Shown here: piece by piece, positions 55,937-64,000 of the stretch
Layout: every line of letters starts with the position of its first letter
Position numbering within the stretch: position 1 is the stretch's first letter
Assembly (NCBI GenBank): GCA_964385095.1
Contig: CAYLNN010000014.1
Location: 23,259-87,258 of the forward strand
Direction of reading: 5' to 3'
DNA from: an uncultured Hymenobacter sp.
GTDB taxonomy: Bacteria > Bacteroidota > Bacteroidia > Cytophagales > Hymenobacteraceae
DNA length: 64,000 nucleotides
Position numbers and translations under genes: made by a program
Notes under the pieces: model-generated
Seen by the model: only the letters and a program-made list of their open reading frames with translations
Told to the model about the DNA's origin: nothing
The model's database searches: none

Positions 55937-57046
55937 GTGTCTGAACTGCTCCACGATATCCCCGTTCGCCCCGACTGCCGCTTCTTCCGCGGCGATTTGC
56001 CCTGCCGCCCCAATAAGGAGCACGGCTATATGTGCGGCGACTGCCCGGTGTACGAGCCCGTTACGAAGCGCATCCTGCTCATCAAGCTCGGGGCCATTGG
56101 CGATGTCATCCGCACCACGCCGCTGCTGCGGCGGCTGCGGCAGGAGCATCCGGGGTGCTACATCACGTGGCTCACGCTTACGCCCGCCATCCTGCCGCAG
56201 GGTCAGATTGAGGAAATTCTCAAGTTTGATTACGCTAGCGCCTTGCAGTTGCAAGCCCGGCAATTCGACATTGCCATCAACTTAGATAAGGAGAAGGAAG
56301 CCTGCGCGCTACTGCTCAACGTGCAGGCTCCCAGCAAGTTTGGCTATACCCTGCGCCCCTACGATGGCGTGCCCTGGCCCATCAACGAGCTGGCCGACCA
56401 TAAGTACCTCACCGGCGTGTTCGACCAGCTGAGCCTGGGCAATACCAAGCCCTACGTGCAGGAAATATTTGAGCTCTGCGGCTTCGACTTCCGGGGCGAG
56501 GAATACGTTTTCGACACCCACGACGACAAGGGCTACGATTGGCGCGCCCTGCCGCCCCTTGGCGCTGGCCCGCGCATCGGCCTCAACACTGGCTGCGGCG
56601 ACCGCTGGACCACCCGCCTCTGGAGCACCGAAAAGTGGATAGCCTTGATTACCAAGCTGCAAGCCGCTGGCTACGCTCCCGTGCTGCTGGGCGGCGAGGC
56701 CGAGCACCCGCGCAACCTGGAGTTGCAAGCCGCCACCGGCGCCGCCTACCTGGGCACCTTCCCCCTACCCCAGTTCATCAACCTGATGAACCAGATGCAG
56801 GGCATTGTCACGCAGGTGACGATGGGCATGCACATCAGCATTGCGCTGCGCAAGCCCACTATTTTGATGAATAACATCTTCAATCCGCACGAATTTGACC
56901 TCTACGGCCGCGGCCAGCTCGTGGGGCCCAACAAGCAGTGCGTGTGCTTTTACCGGGGCAGCTGCCGCCTGGGCACCAGCTGCATGGAAGATTTGCCGGC
57001 CGAAAAAGTATTTCAAGCGGTTACGGAGAGCGTGTCGCTAGGGTAG
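55937..57046 (+). CDS. Glycosyltransferase family 9 (heptosyltransferase-like) with Cys-rich termini
   Basis: ILLIKLGAIGDVIRTTP, IGLNTG...R.W, HISIAL; GTG start inferred. Confidence 0.85.
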   Translation: MSELLHDIPVRPDCRFFRGDLPCRPNKEHGYMCGDCPVYEPVTKRILLIKLGAIGDVIRTTPLLRRLRQEHPGCYITWLTLTPAILPQGQIEEILKFDYASALQLQARQFDIAINLDKEKEACALLLNVQAPSKFGYTLRPYDGVPWPINELADHKYLTGVFDQLSLGNTKPYVQEIFELCGFDFRGEEYVFDTHDDKGYDWRALPPLGAGPRIGLNTGCGDRWTTRLWSTEKWIALITKLQAAGYAPVLLGGEAEHPRNLELQAATGAAYLGTFPLPQFINLMNQMQGIVTQVTMGMHISIALRKPTILMNNIFNPHEFDLYGRGQLVGPNKQCVCFYRGSCRLGTSCMEDLPAEKVFQAVTESVSLG

Positions 57047-57082
57047 CAGCAGCGTCCTACAAGCCTGCCGTTGCTGCCGCCA

Positions 57083-57140
57083 AATGAGGGCGGGATAGGG
57101 ATTGCACAAACGTTTGCGCAGTCTCTGTCCCGCCCTCATT
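57083..57140. repeat. 58-bp near-perfect palindrome between convergent genes
   Basis: AATGAGGGCGGGATAGGGATTGCACAAAC|GTTTGCGCAGTCTCTGTCCCGCCCTCATT. Confidence 0.85.
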
Positions 57141-57153
57141 CCTGGCTAGCCCC

Positions 57154-58704
57154 TTATTTCAATTCCAGCACCACCACCGACTTGGGTGGTAGCGCCATGG
57201 CTAGCTTGTCGCCGCGCTTTTTGGCTCCGGCAAAAGCGGCCAGCTTGATGGTGTTGGGCTTGTCGAACGTGTTGTGGTCGCTCACATTGGCCGAGGTTAG
57301 AATGCGGCCGCTTACCGTTTTCCAACTCACGCCGGGCAGGGCAGTTTCGATAGTCAGGGCCTGCTTGGGGTCAAGGTTGACGAGCGAAATGTGCACCGCG
57401 CCATTCTTGTCGCGCGAGGCAGAGGCATTGAGCGCCGGGATTTTTTCGCCCCCAAACGAATAGTCGGGGCTAGCGAACTGCACGGGCAAAAACTCCGCGT
57501 CCTGGTGCACCTGGTAGAGGTCAAATAGGTGATAGGTGGGCGTGAGCAGCATCTTTTCCTTGTCCGTCAACACCAAGGCTTGCAGCACGTTAATGGCCTG
57601 GGCCAAGTTAGCGCCCTTCACCCGGTCGCAATGGTTATTGAAAATATTGAGCGTGGTGCCCGCTACCAGCGCATCGCGCAGCGTGTTCTGCTGATATAGA
57701 AAGCCGGGATTGGTACCGGGCTCCACGTCGGTCCACACGCCCCACTCGTCCACCAGCAGGGCTACCTTTTTGTCCTTATCATACTTGTCCATAATGGCGG
57801 CGTGCTTGGCCACTATCGCGTCCATTTTCAGGCAGTTGCGCACCGTGCTGAAGTACATATCCTCGCCAAAGCCAGTGGCTTTGCCCTTGCTGCCGCTCCA
57901 GCTGCCGGTGGGCAGCGTGTACTGGTGCAGGGTGAGGCCCCACATCTGGTTGAGCGGAATGTTTTTCATGCACGTTTCGGTCCAGTTGGCGTCGTCGCCA
58001 TTAGCGCCGCTCACTATGCGCTTGAGCCGGGTGCCGGGGTAGTCGTGGGCGAAGGTGGCGTAGCGCTTGTACACGTTGGTGTAGTAGTCGGCCGTCATGT
58101 TGCCGCCGCAGCCCCAGCTCTCGTTGCCGATGCCCCACCAGCTCACCTTGTAGAGCTCGGGATGGCCGTTTTTACGGCGCTCCTGCACCATGGGCGTGTC
58201 CTCGTTCGAGTTGAGATACTCCATCCAGTTGCTCATCTCCTGCACCGTGCCGCTGCCCACGTTGGCCGCCAAGTAGGGCTCGGTGCCCAGCAGTTGGCAC
58301 AGCTCCAGAAACTCGTGCGTACCAAAACTATTGTCTTCCAGCGTATTGCCCCACCATAGATTCAGCATTTTGGGGCGCTGGGCGGCGGGGCCCACGCCAT
58401 CGTGCCAGTGGTAGGTATCGGCAAAGCAACCGCCGGGCCAGCGCAGGTTAGGCACGTGAATCTTCTTGAGCGCTTCCACAATATCGAGCCGGATGCGGCC
58501 CTGCTTAGCCACGGGCAGGCTAGGGTCTACCCAGAAGCCACCATAGATGCACCGCCCCAGGTGCTCGGCAAACTGCCCCTGAATATGCTTGCTAATGAGC
58601 AGCTTCGGGTCGCCGGGCTGCACGGTAAGCTGCACGGTTTGGGCGAAGCCTAGCAGCGGGGCCGCCACAGCCAGCGCCATAGCGAAAGAACGAAAAAAAG
58701 CCAT
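57154..58704 (-). CDS. Alpha-L-arabinofuranosidase (GH51)
   Basis: GQFAEHLGRCIYGG, LRWPGGCFAD, GNE, VDEWG, ANLAQ..NVLQA; signal peptide. Confidence 0.95.
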   Translation of the reverse strand: MAFFRSFAMALAVAAPLLGFAQTVQLTVQPGDPKLLISKHIQGQFAEHLGRCIYGGFWVDPSLPVAKQGRIRLDIVEALKKIHVPNLRWPGGCFADTYHWHDGVGPAAQRPKMLNLWWGNTLEDNSFGTHEFLELCQLLGTEPYLAANVGSGTVQEMSNWMEYLNSNEDTPMVQERRKNGHPELYKVSWWGIGNESWGCGGNMTADYYTNVYKRYATFAHDYPGTRLKRIVSGANGDDANWTETCMKNIPLNQMWGLTLHQYTLPTGSWSGSKGKATGFGEDMYFSTVRNCLKMDAIVAKHAAIMDKYDKDKKVALLVDEWGVWTDVEPGTNPGFLYQQNTLRDALVAGTTLNIFNNHCDRVKGANLAQAINVLQALVLTDKEKMLLTPTYHLFDLYQVHQDAEFLPVQFASPDYSFGGEKIPALNASASRDKNGAVHISLVNLDPKQALTIETALPGVSWKTVSGRILTSANVSDHNTFDKPNTIKLAAFAGAKKRGDKLAMALPPKSVVVLELK

Positions 58705-58734
58705 TGGGTGGGTAAGTAAAAAGTGGCGCAGCGC

Positions 58735-58754
58735 CAACATTATCGATTGTGTTG
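58735..58754. promoter_or_regulatory. Candidate LacI-type operator upstream of the GH51 gene
   Basis: CAACA-TT-ATCGAT-TG-TGTTG, CG-centred 20-bp palindrome 30 nt upstream of ATG 58704. Confidence 0.5.
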
Positions 58755-59054
58755 AGGTGGCAAGTTCGCGCTTATGTTCGAAAAAACCTGCTATCCCACG
58801 ATTTTTACGGTATCTGACCACTCAATTTGGTACCCGCTACGCTGGGCCCGATTCAGTGGGCGAGGCTAGTTAGGCTCATTTCCGACCAACGCACTAGTCT
58901 CGCCCAACTTGCCAAAGTGGCGGTAGAGTCGCTGCACGCATTCAGCTACTAAAGTAGAAGTCGCGCGGAAGTTCACTTTCCAGCGTGGCTGGGTGCTGAC
59001 TGCGATTTCTCTTTCTTACCCCGGCTAGCCCAGCTCCAGCCGGGCTAGCCGGGC

Positions 59055-60191
59055 TCAGGCAGCCAGGCCGGCCACTTCCTTGAGGGCGGCTACCATCACT
59101 TCCCAGGAGAATTTTTTAGCTTCCTGCCGCACGCCGGCGGCTAGGGTTTCCTCACGGTCGTGCGCGTAGAAATCGACCAGCGCCCCGGCAATGGCGGCCG
59201 GCGTGGGCAGCACCACGTAGCCCACCACCCCGGCCGGTATCAGCTCGGCCAGCCCCCCTACATCGGTCACGAGCATGGGCCGCCCGAAGTGATACGCCAC
59301 CTGCGACACCCCGCTCTGGGTAGCATTTTTGTAAGGCTGCACCACCAAATCGGCCGCGCTGAAATAGGCGGCTACGCGTTCATTGGGGATGAAATCGGTG
59401 GCGCGCACCAAGCGGTTTTCCAGGTCGTATTTTTTGATAAGCGCCTCGTAAGGCGCGGCATCTTCGTAAAACTCTCCCGCAATGAGCAGCTTTACCGGCA
59501 GGGCGGCCACCCGGGCATCGGCCAGCGCTTCGAGCAGAATATCCAGCCCTTTATACGCCCGAATAAACCCAAAAAACAAGATGTACCGATAAGCAGGGTC
59601 TAGTTGCAGGGTAGCTAGGGCCTTGGTCTTAGGCAGGGCCGGCCCGAAGTTATCGTAGAGCGGGTGCGGGCGGTAAAGTGCTGGTTGGCTCCCAAAACCC
59701 AGACGCTGCAAATCGGCCAGCACGGCGCGGCTCATGGTCACGAAGCCATCGCAGGCGCTCAGGAAATAGCGCGTGAGCGGGCCGTCCCCGGGCCGCTTTT
59801 CGTGCGGAATCACGTTGTCGGTAATGGCCACCACGCGGGTGTGGCCGTTGCCGCGCACCAGCCGCGCCACCGTGCCCAGCGCCGGCCCCATAAACGGCAG
59901 CCAGAACCTGAATATCACCAAATCGGGCCGCTCGTGGCGCAGCCGGCGCCCCACCGCCAGCCACGACAGGGGATTAACTGAATTCAGGCTGACTTCGATA
60001 TCGAGGTCAGCCGGACCAGCCTCGGTGCTGAACTGGGTTTGCCCAGGAAACAGAAAATCAGGGTATTGCAACGAAAACGTAACGAGCCGCACCTCATCGC
60101 CGGCGTCCTGAAAAGCTCGGGCCAAGCGCTCGTTATACGTGGCTAGCCCGCCGCGCAGCGGGTAAGCCGGGCCGATGATAATAACTTTCAT
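59055..60191 (-). CDS. Glycosyltransferase family 4
   Basis: GPAYPLRGG, FFGFIRAYKGLD, QPY..ATQSGV, TDVGGL.E. Confidence 0.92.
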   Translation of the reverse strand: MKVIIIGPAYPLRGGLATYNERLARAFQDAGDEVRLVTFSLQYPDFLFPGQTQFSTEAGPADLDIEVSLNSVNPLSWLAVGRRLRHERPDLVIFRFWLPFMGPALGTVARLVRGNGHTRVVAITDNVIPHEKRPGDGPLTRYFLSACDGFVTMSRAVLADLQRLGFGSQPALYRPHPLYDNFGPALPKTKALATLQLDPAYRYILFFGFIRAYKGLDILLEALADARVAALPVKLLIAGEFYEDAAPYEALIKKYDLENRLVRATDFIPNERVAAYFSAADLVVQPYKNATQSGVSQVAYHFGRPMLVTDVGGLAELIPAGVVGYVVLPTPAAIAGALVDFYAHDREETLAAGVRQEAKKFSWEVMVAALKEVAGLAA

Positions 60192-61165
60192 CGCAGGGTT
60201 TCACGCACCAGGTAATCGTTGCGGCGCGGGCCGTTCAACTGCACCATCTCGGCCAGAAAACCGGCCAGAAACAGCTGCACGCCGATAATAACGGCCACCA
60301 GCGACAGAAAAAACAGCGGCTGTTGCGTCACGCCCCGCGCCTTCATGTTGTGCAGCGACAGCCACCACTTTTCGCCCGTCAGCCACACCGTCAGCACCAT
60401 GCCGATGAAGAATGACAGGCTACCCAGCGTGCCAAAAAAGTGCATGGGACGCCGCCGAAACCGGCTGACAAACGTGATGCTGGCCAGGTCCAGAAAACCG
60501 TACACGAAGCGCTCGAGCCCAAATTTGGTGATGCCGTATTTGCGCTCCTGGTGCTGCACGACCTTCTCCCCTATCTTCTTGAAACCGCTCCACTTGGCTA
60601 TCACCGGGATGTAGCGGTGCATCTCGCCGTAGACCTCAATGGCTTTTACCACCCGCTGGTCGTAGGCCTTGAGGCCGCAGTTGAAATCGTGCAGCTGAAT
60701 GCCCGAGATGGCCCGCGTGGCACCGTTGAAAAGCTTGGTTGGGATAGTCTTCGAGAGCGGGTCGTAGCGCTTTTGTTTCCAGCCACTTACCAAGTCGTAG
60801 TGGTCCTCGGCTATCATGCGGTAGAGCTCGGGCAGCTCCTCGGGCGAGTCTTGCAGGTCAGCATCCATGGTGCAGACCACTCGGCCGCGCGCCGCTTCAA
60901 AACCCACGTTGAGCGCCGCCGACTTACCATAGTTGCGGTTGAACCGAATGCCGCGCAGAGCCATATCCTGGCCCGCTAGGGCTTCAATCACCATCCACGA
61001 GTCGTCGGTCGAGCCGTCGTCTATCAAAATCACCTCGTACGAGAGCCCGCGCGCCGTGAGCACGCGCTGAATCCAGCGCGTGAGTTCGGGCAGCGATTCG
61101 GCCTCGTTAAGCAGAGGAATTACGATGGACATCTCCACCGGAAAGCTGGCAGTTGGCTTATTCAA
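60188..61165 (-). CDS. Glycosyltransferase family 2 (ArnC/DPM-synthase-like)
   Basis: SIVIPLLNE, DDGSTD, DADLQD, DFNCG.K, C-terminal TMs; TTG start or ATG 61132. Confidence 0.92.
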   Translation of the reverse strand: MNKPTASFPVEMSIVIPLLNEAESLPELTRWIQRVLTARGLSYEVILIDDGSTDDSWMVIEALAGQDMALRGIRFNRNYGKSAALNVGFEAARGRVVCTMDADLQDSPEELPELYRMIAEDHYDLVSGWKQKRYDPLSKTIPTKLFNGATRAISGIQLHDFNCGLKAYDQRVVKAIEVYGEMHRYIPVIAKWSGFKKIGEKVVQHQERKYGITKFGLERFVYGFLDLASITFVSRFRRRPMHFFGTLGSLSFFIGMVLTVWLTGEKWWLSLHNMKARGVTQQPLFFLSLVAVIIGVQLFLAGFLAEMVQLNGPRRNDYLVRETLR

Positions 61166-61682
61166 ACTCGGGCTTGGTATTTTTAACGAAAGCGGCGGCT
61201 ATCAGACTAATAAGCAGGCCGATAAGAATAGAACCCAGAAAGGTAAAGAGTAGCATGATGGGTCCCGTCGTGAACTTAGCCGAAAAAGCCATTGCCTGGT
61301 CAATCTGCGCGTCCGGCATTCCTTTGGCTTCCATATCAGCTCGGGCCTTGTCCATCATCCGTGTCATCACTTCGGGGTCCATGAACGTGGTGTAGACATA
61401 CGTGAAAATAGCGCTCAGCAATCCTACTACGCTGGCTACCGTGACGCCCACGCCCAAACCCTGCCCATAGCCCATGAAGCCTCCATTGCGCAACTTAAAA
61501 TCGCGCATCGCTAGGATGACGCCTAGTATCAGTACCGCTATCGTCGCGAAGCGAACGACCGAATTTTGTTCTAGTTCCAGCGCGTAGATTCCGAACGAGA
61601 CGATGACGCTCACCAAACCAGTGAGCAGCCCGTAGCGCCCGCCCACGGCGGTGGTAGAGGCAGAAGGGGTAGCCGTTTGCAT
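61158..61682 (-). CDS. DUF4199 family membrane protein
   Basis: Four TMs, GGFMGYGQG, DPE..helical loop. Confidence 0.8.
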   Translation of the reverse strand: MQTATPSASTTAVGGRYGLLTGLVSVIVSFGIYALELEQNSVVRFATIAVLILGVILAMRDFKLRNGGFMGYGQGLGVGVTVASVVGLLSAIFTYVYTTFMDPEVMTRMMDKARADMEAKGMPDAQIDQAMAFSAKFTTGPIMLLFTFLGSILIGLLISLIAAAFVKNTKPEFE

Positions 61683-61707
61683 AAGAAAGGAGAAAAAAGG
61701 TGAAAGC

Positions 61708-62265
61708 TTACTTGCGCAAAAATAGCCCGCTTGGCAGTGCCAGCATCAGCCCAAGCAGAACCGTCCAGGTAAAAGTACCCCTAGCCATATCGGCTGGCGA
61801 GAGGCTTGCCGCCTGGGCTAGCTCCTGTTTTTCGAATTGCGCATTGCGCTTTTCCTTCGGGCGCAGGTTTTGCTGCACCCGGGTTATCTCCAATAGCTCG
61901 CGGCGGTTTTGAGCTAGGGTAGATTCGCCCACTACCTGGGCCAGGCCCCACACACTGAGGGCAGCTAAAAAAGCCGCTAGTAGCACCGTAAGGCCTCCCA
62001 CGGCCAATGTACGCCCCACGCCCGGCCGCACCGGGGCCATTTTACGTCGCAAAAGCCACTGGCTGCCCGCCGCGATAAAGGGGACCGTCAGCAGTCCCAT
62101 TATTTGCTTAGGGCTAAAAGGGTTATTACCCGACCAGTATAGAAAAAGCAGCCAGGCCCCACACAGCAACCCGGCAGCAGCCCCAAAGCGCAGGGCTAGC
62201 TGCCCCACTAGCCCAGGTGCAACTCCGGCACCCTCTTGTCTATCTCTTAACTCTTGCGGTTGCAT
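61708..62265 (-). CDS. DUF4199-like membrane protein
   Basis: Same TM-TM-TM-loop-TM layout, G.NPF motif. Confidence 0.6.
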   Translation of the reverse strand: MQPQELRDRQEGAGVAPGLVGQLALRFGAAAGLLCGAWLLFLYWSGNNPFSPKQIMGLLTVPFIAAGSQWLLRRKMAPVRPGVGRTLAVGGLTVLLAAFLAALSVWGLAQVVGESTLAQNRRELLEITRVQQNLRPKEKRNAQFEKQELAQAASLSPADMARGTFTWTVLLGLMLALPSGLFLRK

Positions 62266-62325
62266 AAACTACGAATCGACTGGCAAGATACGGCGCCTTA
62301 CCCGTGGGTTACCGCCATGCCGGCG

Positions 62326-64000
62326 CTAGGCAGGCACGGCACTTAGCCGTGGCCGCCCAAAGCGCAGCAGTAGGGCCTCGGCCAGCAAGCACGCCAGCAC
62401 CACAAGCAGGCAATAGCGCCACAATGGCTGGCCGGCCTGCTCGGCGCGATAGCGCGCAAGGGCCTCGGGCGCCGCGCTGCCCTGCAGCACCTGCACATTG
62501 GGATGGTTGGGGCCTAGCAGCTGCCGCAGCTCCGCCGCCGAATACGCAGCTAGCTCCGATTCGCGTTTGCTAGCATTGAAAGCGAGGGTAGTCACCACCT
62601 TTCCCTGGCTCATAACTTGGTAGAAACCCGGCGTAGTCAGGTCCACCGGCACATCAAGCTGTAATTGGCTGCCCTGCTGCCGCTGCGCTGGGATATACGT
62701 GAGACTATCCTGCACCAGGCGATAACGGGCCTCATCGCTCGCCTGCTGGCTAGCCGGTGGCGTTGTCAGCGCTACGGTCGGTACAGTCAGTCGGTACGCT
62801 GGCCGCTGGTCGGTGCGGTAGCTAAGTATGGCGAGCCGATACAACACTGGCACAAACAGCGCATGGGTCGTAAAATCGGAATACTCTTTAGCAAACGGCG
62901 CTGCAAATACATAAGCGTGTCCCGTACCGTTCTCAAAATCAGTTAAAAAACTGTCGCCGTCCCGCAGCCGCAGCACTGGGGTACCCTGGTCTAACCGGAG
63001 TACTGGTGCCACCCGCGGCATTACTACGCGCCGCGGCTGCGCCGCAAATACATCTTTGAAAAAAGGGTCGCGAGCACTGGGCATTACCACTTCTTGCCGC
63101 AATTGCGCGTCTTTCACCGGCTCATTCCATTGCTCGCTACCTACGCCCAAAACTCGAAACAGCTCGCGGTACGAAGTCCGCCCTGTTGGGCTAGCCGGCG
63201 GCACTACCACCACACTGCCGCCGCGCCGCCGCACGCCGGCCAATGCTTCGCGCAGCCCTGCGTCTACTTGCGCTACCTCCTGTAGTATTACCAAATTAGC
63301 CCGCCGCAGCTCCCCATAATTTAGTACTTGAGGTTTAGTAAAATTGTAGGTAAATAACGGTTCGCGGGCGTATGCTTGTTGCGCCACAGGTTTCTCGCCT
63401 ATTTCCAGCACCCGAATGGCTGCCGCCGGCTGCATGGTAAAGTAATATTTATTATCAAATACCACTGGCGCATCGCCGGTAACTATCTGCCCCAAGGCAA
63501 GCTTGTCGTCCGGCATTTGTAGCTGCACAATTATCTCCTTCGCCTGACCAGCCTCCACCGACACCCGTAATGAAGCTACCTGCTGCTTATTCAATAGCAC
63601 CTTCACCGGGCAGTCAGTTACTAGCTCGTTTCCTCCGTTACGTAGCCGCATCCGCAGCCCAACAGTAGTACGCGCCCGCACAAATGCATCGTTGAGCCAT
63701 ACGCTGTCAACATAGATATTTCCCGTTGCCTTGGCTACCTGCGGCACCAGCACTATCTGACTCTTGCGACTCACGCGTTGCCAAAAATCGGGCAAAACCT
63801 CGCTTTTTTGAAAGTCACTAAAGATATATACCGTACTTTCCTGCTGCTCCTGCAAAGCAGCACGCACGCTAGTTCCTCCCCAACCGCTTTGGCTAGTACC
63901 TGCCTGTTGCAAAGCGAGCGCCTCCTCGTATGCGGTTAGGTTTTTACCAATACCCCGTTGCCCTAATAGCTTGTAATGGGTGCCAGCATCATAGCTTTTA
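62326..64000 (-). CDS. BatA/vWA-type membrane-anchored protein (5' part beyond window end)
   Basis: Frame open to the window edge; YIFSDFQ, NIYVDSVW, DNKYYF, AFN...ES.L, LWRYCL..LLAE.LLLR. Confidence 0.8.
   Translation of the reverse strand, partial: KSYDAGTHYKLLGQRGIGKNLTAYEEALALQQAGTSQSGWGGTSVRAALQEQQESTVYIFSDFQKSEVLPDFWQRVSRKSQIVLVPQVAKATGNIYVDSVWLNDAFVRARTTVGLRMRLRNGGNELVTDCPVKVLLNKQQVASLRVSVEAGQAKEIIVQLQMPDDKLALGQIVTGDAPVVFDNKYYFTMQPAAAIRVLEIGEKPVAQQAYAREPLFTYNFTKPQVLNYGELRRANLVILQEVAQVDAGLREALAGVRRRGGSVVVVPPASPTGRTSYRELFRVLGVGSEQWNEPVKDAQLRQEVVMPSARDPFFKDVFAAQPRRVVMPRVAPVLRLDQGTPVLRLRDGDSFLTDFENGTGHAYVFAAPFAKEYSDFTTHALFVPVLYRLAILSYRTDQRPAYRLTVPTVALTTPPASQQASDEARYRLVQDSLTYIPAQRQQGSQLQLDVPVDLTTPGFYQVMSQGKVVTTLAFNASKRESELAAYSAAELRQLLGPNHPNVQVLQGSAAPEALARYRAEQAGQPLWRYCLLVVLACLLAEALLLRFGRPRLSAVPA

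Noticed and set aside
62300..64000. Lower-GC stretch at the window end as a foreign island
   Set aside because: It lies within one conserved-type BatA-like CDS with no mobility genes; cannot be judged without the adjacent sequence.

Overview
This is high-GC Bacteroidota chromosomal DNA; gene content, TAnnTTTG promoters and a T9SS C-terminal signal point to Cytophagales, most likely Hymenobacter-like (inference). It is mostly housekeeping: rnz, a queuosine-precursor transporter, trpS, a DPP-IV peptidase, two tRNA-Ser, mltG, clpC, a TonB-type outer-membrane barrel, nfi, a T9SS M43 protease, a selU(mnmH)-VOC-selD-gluQ-like tRNA-modification cluster, a stand-alone nuoMN pair convergent on ndh, pruA, an orphan cysJ followed by a CysG-N/TSUP fusion, menA, gpx, purB, a GH51 arabinofuranosidase and a DUF4199/GT2/GT4 cluster. 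I saw no transposase, integrase, prophage or CRISPR array. Four signals are not explained by the gene list. (1) Six gene-junction elements share one architecture, inverted arms built from 7-9-nt tandem units, but have different unit sequences; two of them contribute codons to neighbouring genes. (2) The normally avoided CTAG occurs pervasively in the context GGCTAG/CTAGCC (HIP1-like). (3) Two decayed AraC regulator remnants flank the TonB-type receptor, one with an apparent micro-inversion and one with a palindrome over its stop codon. (4) A Zn-site-less GluQ-like gene follows selD and selU. All counts were made by eye and all family calls come from motif recognition without database searches.
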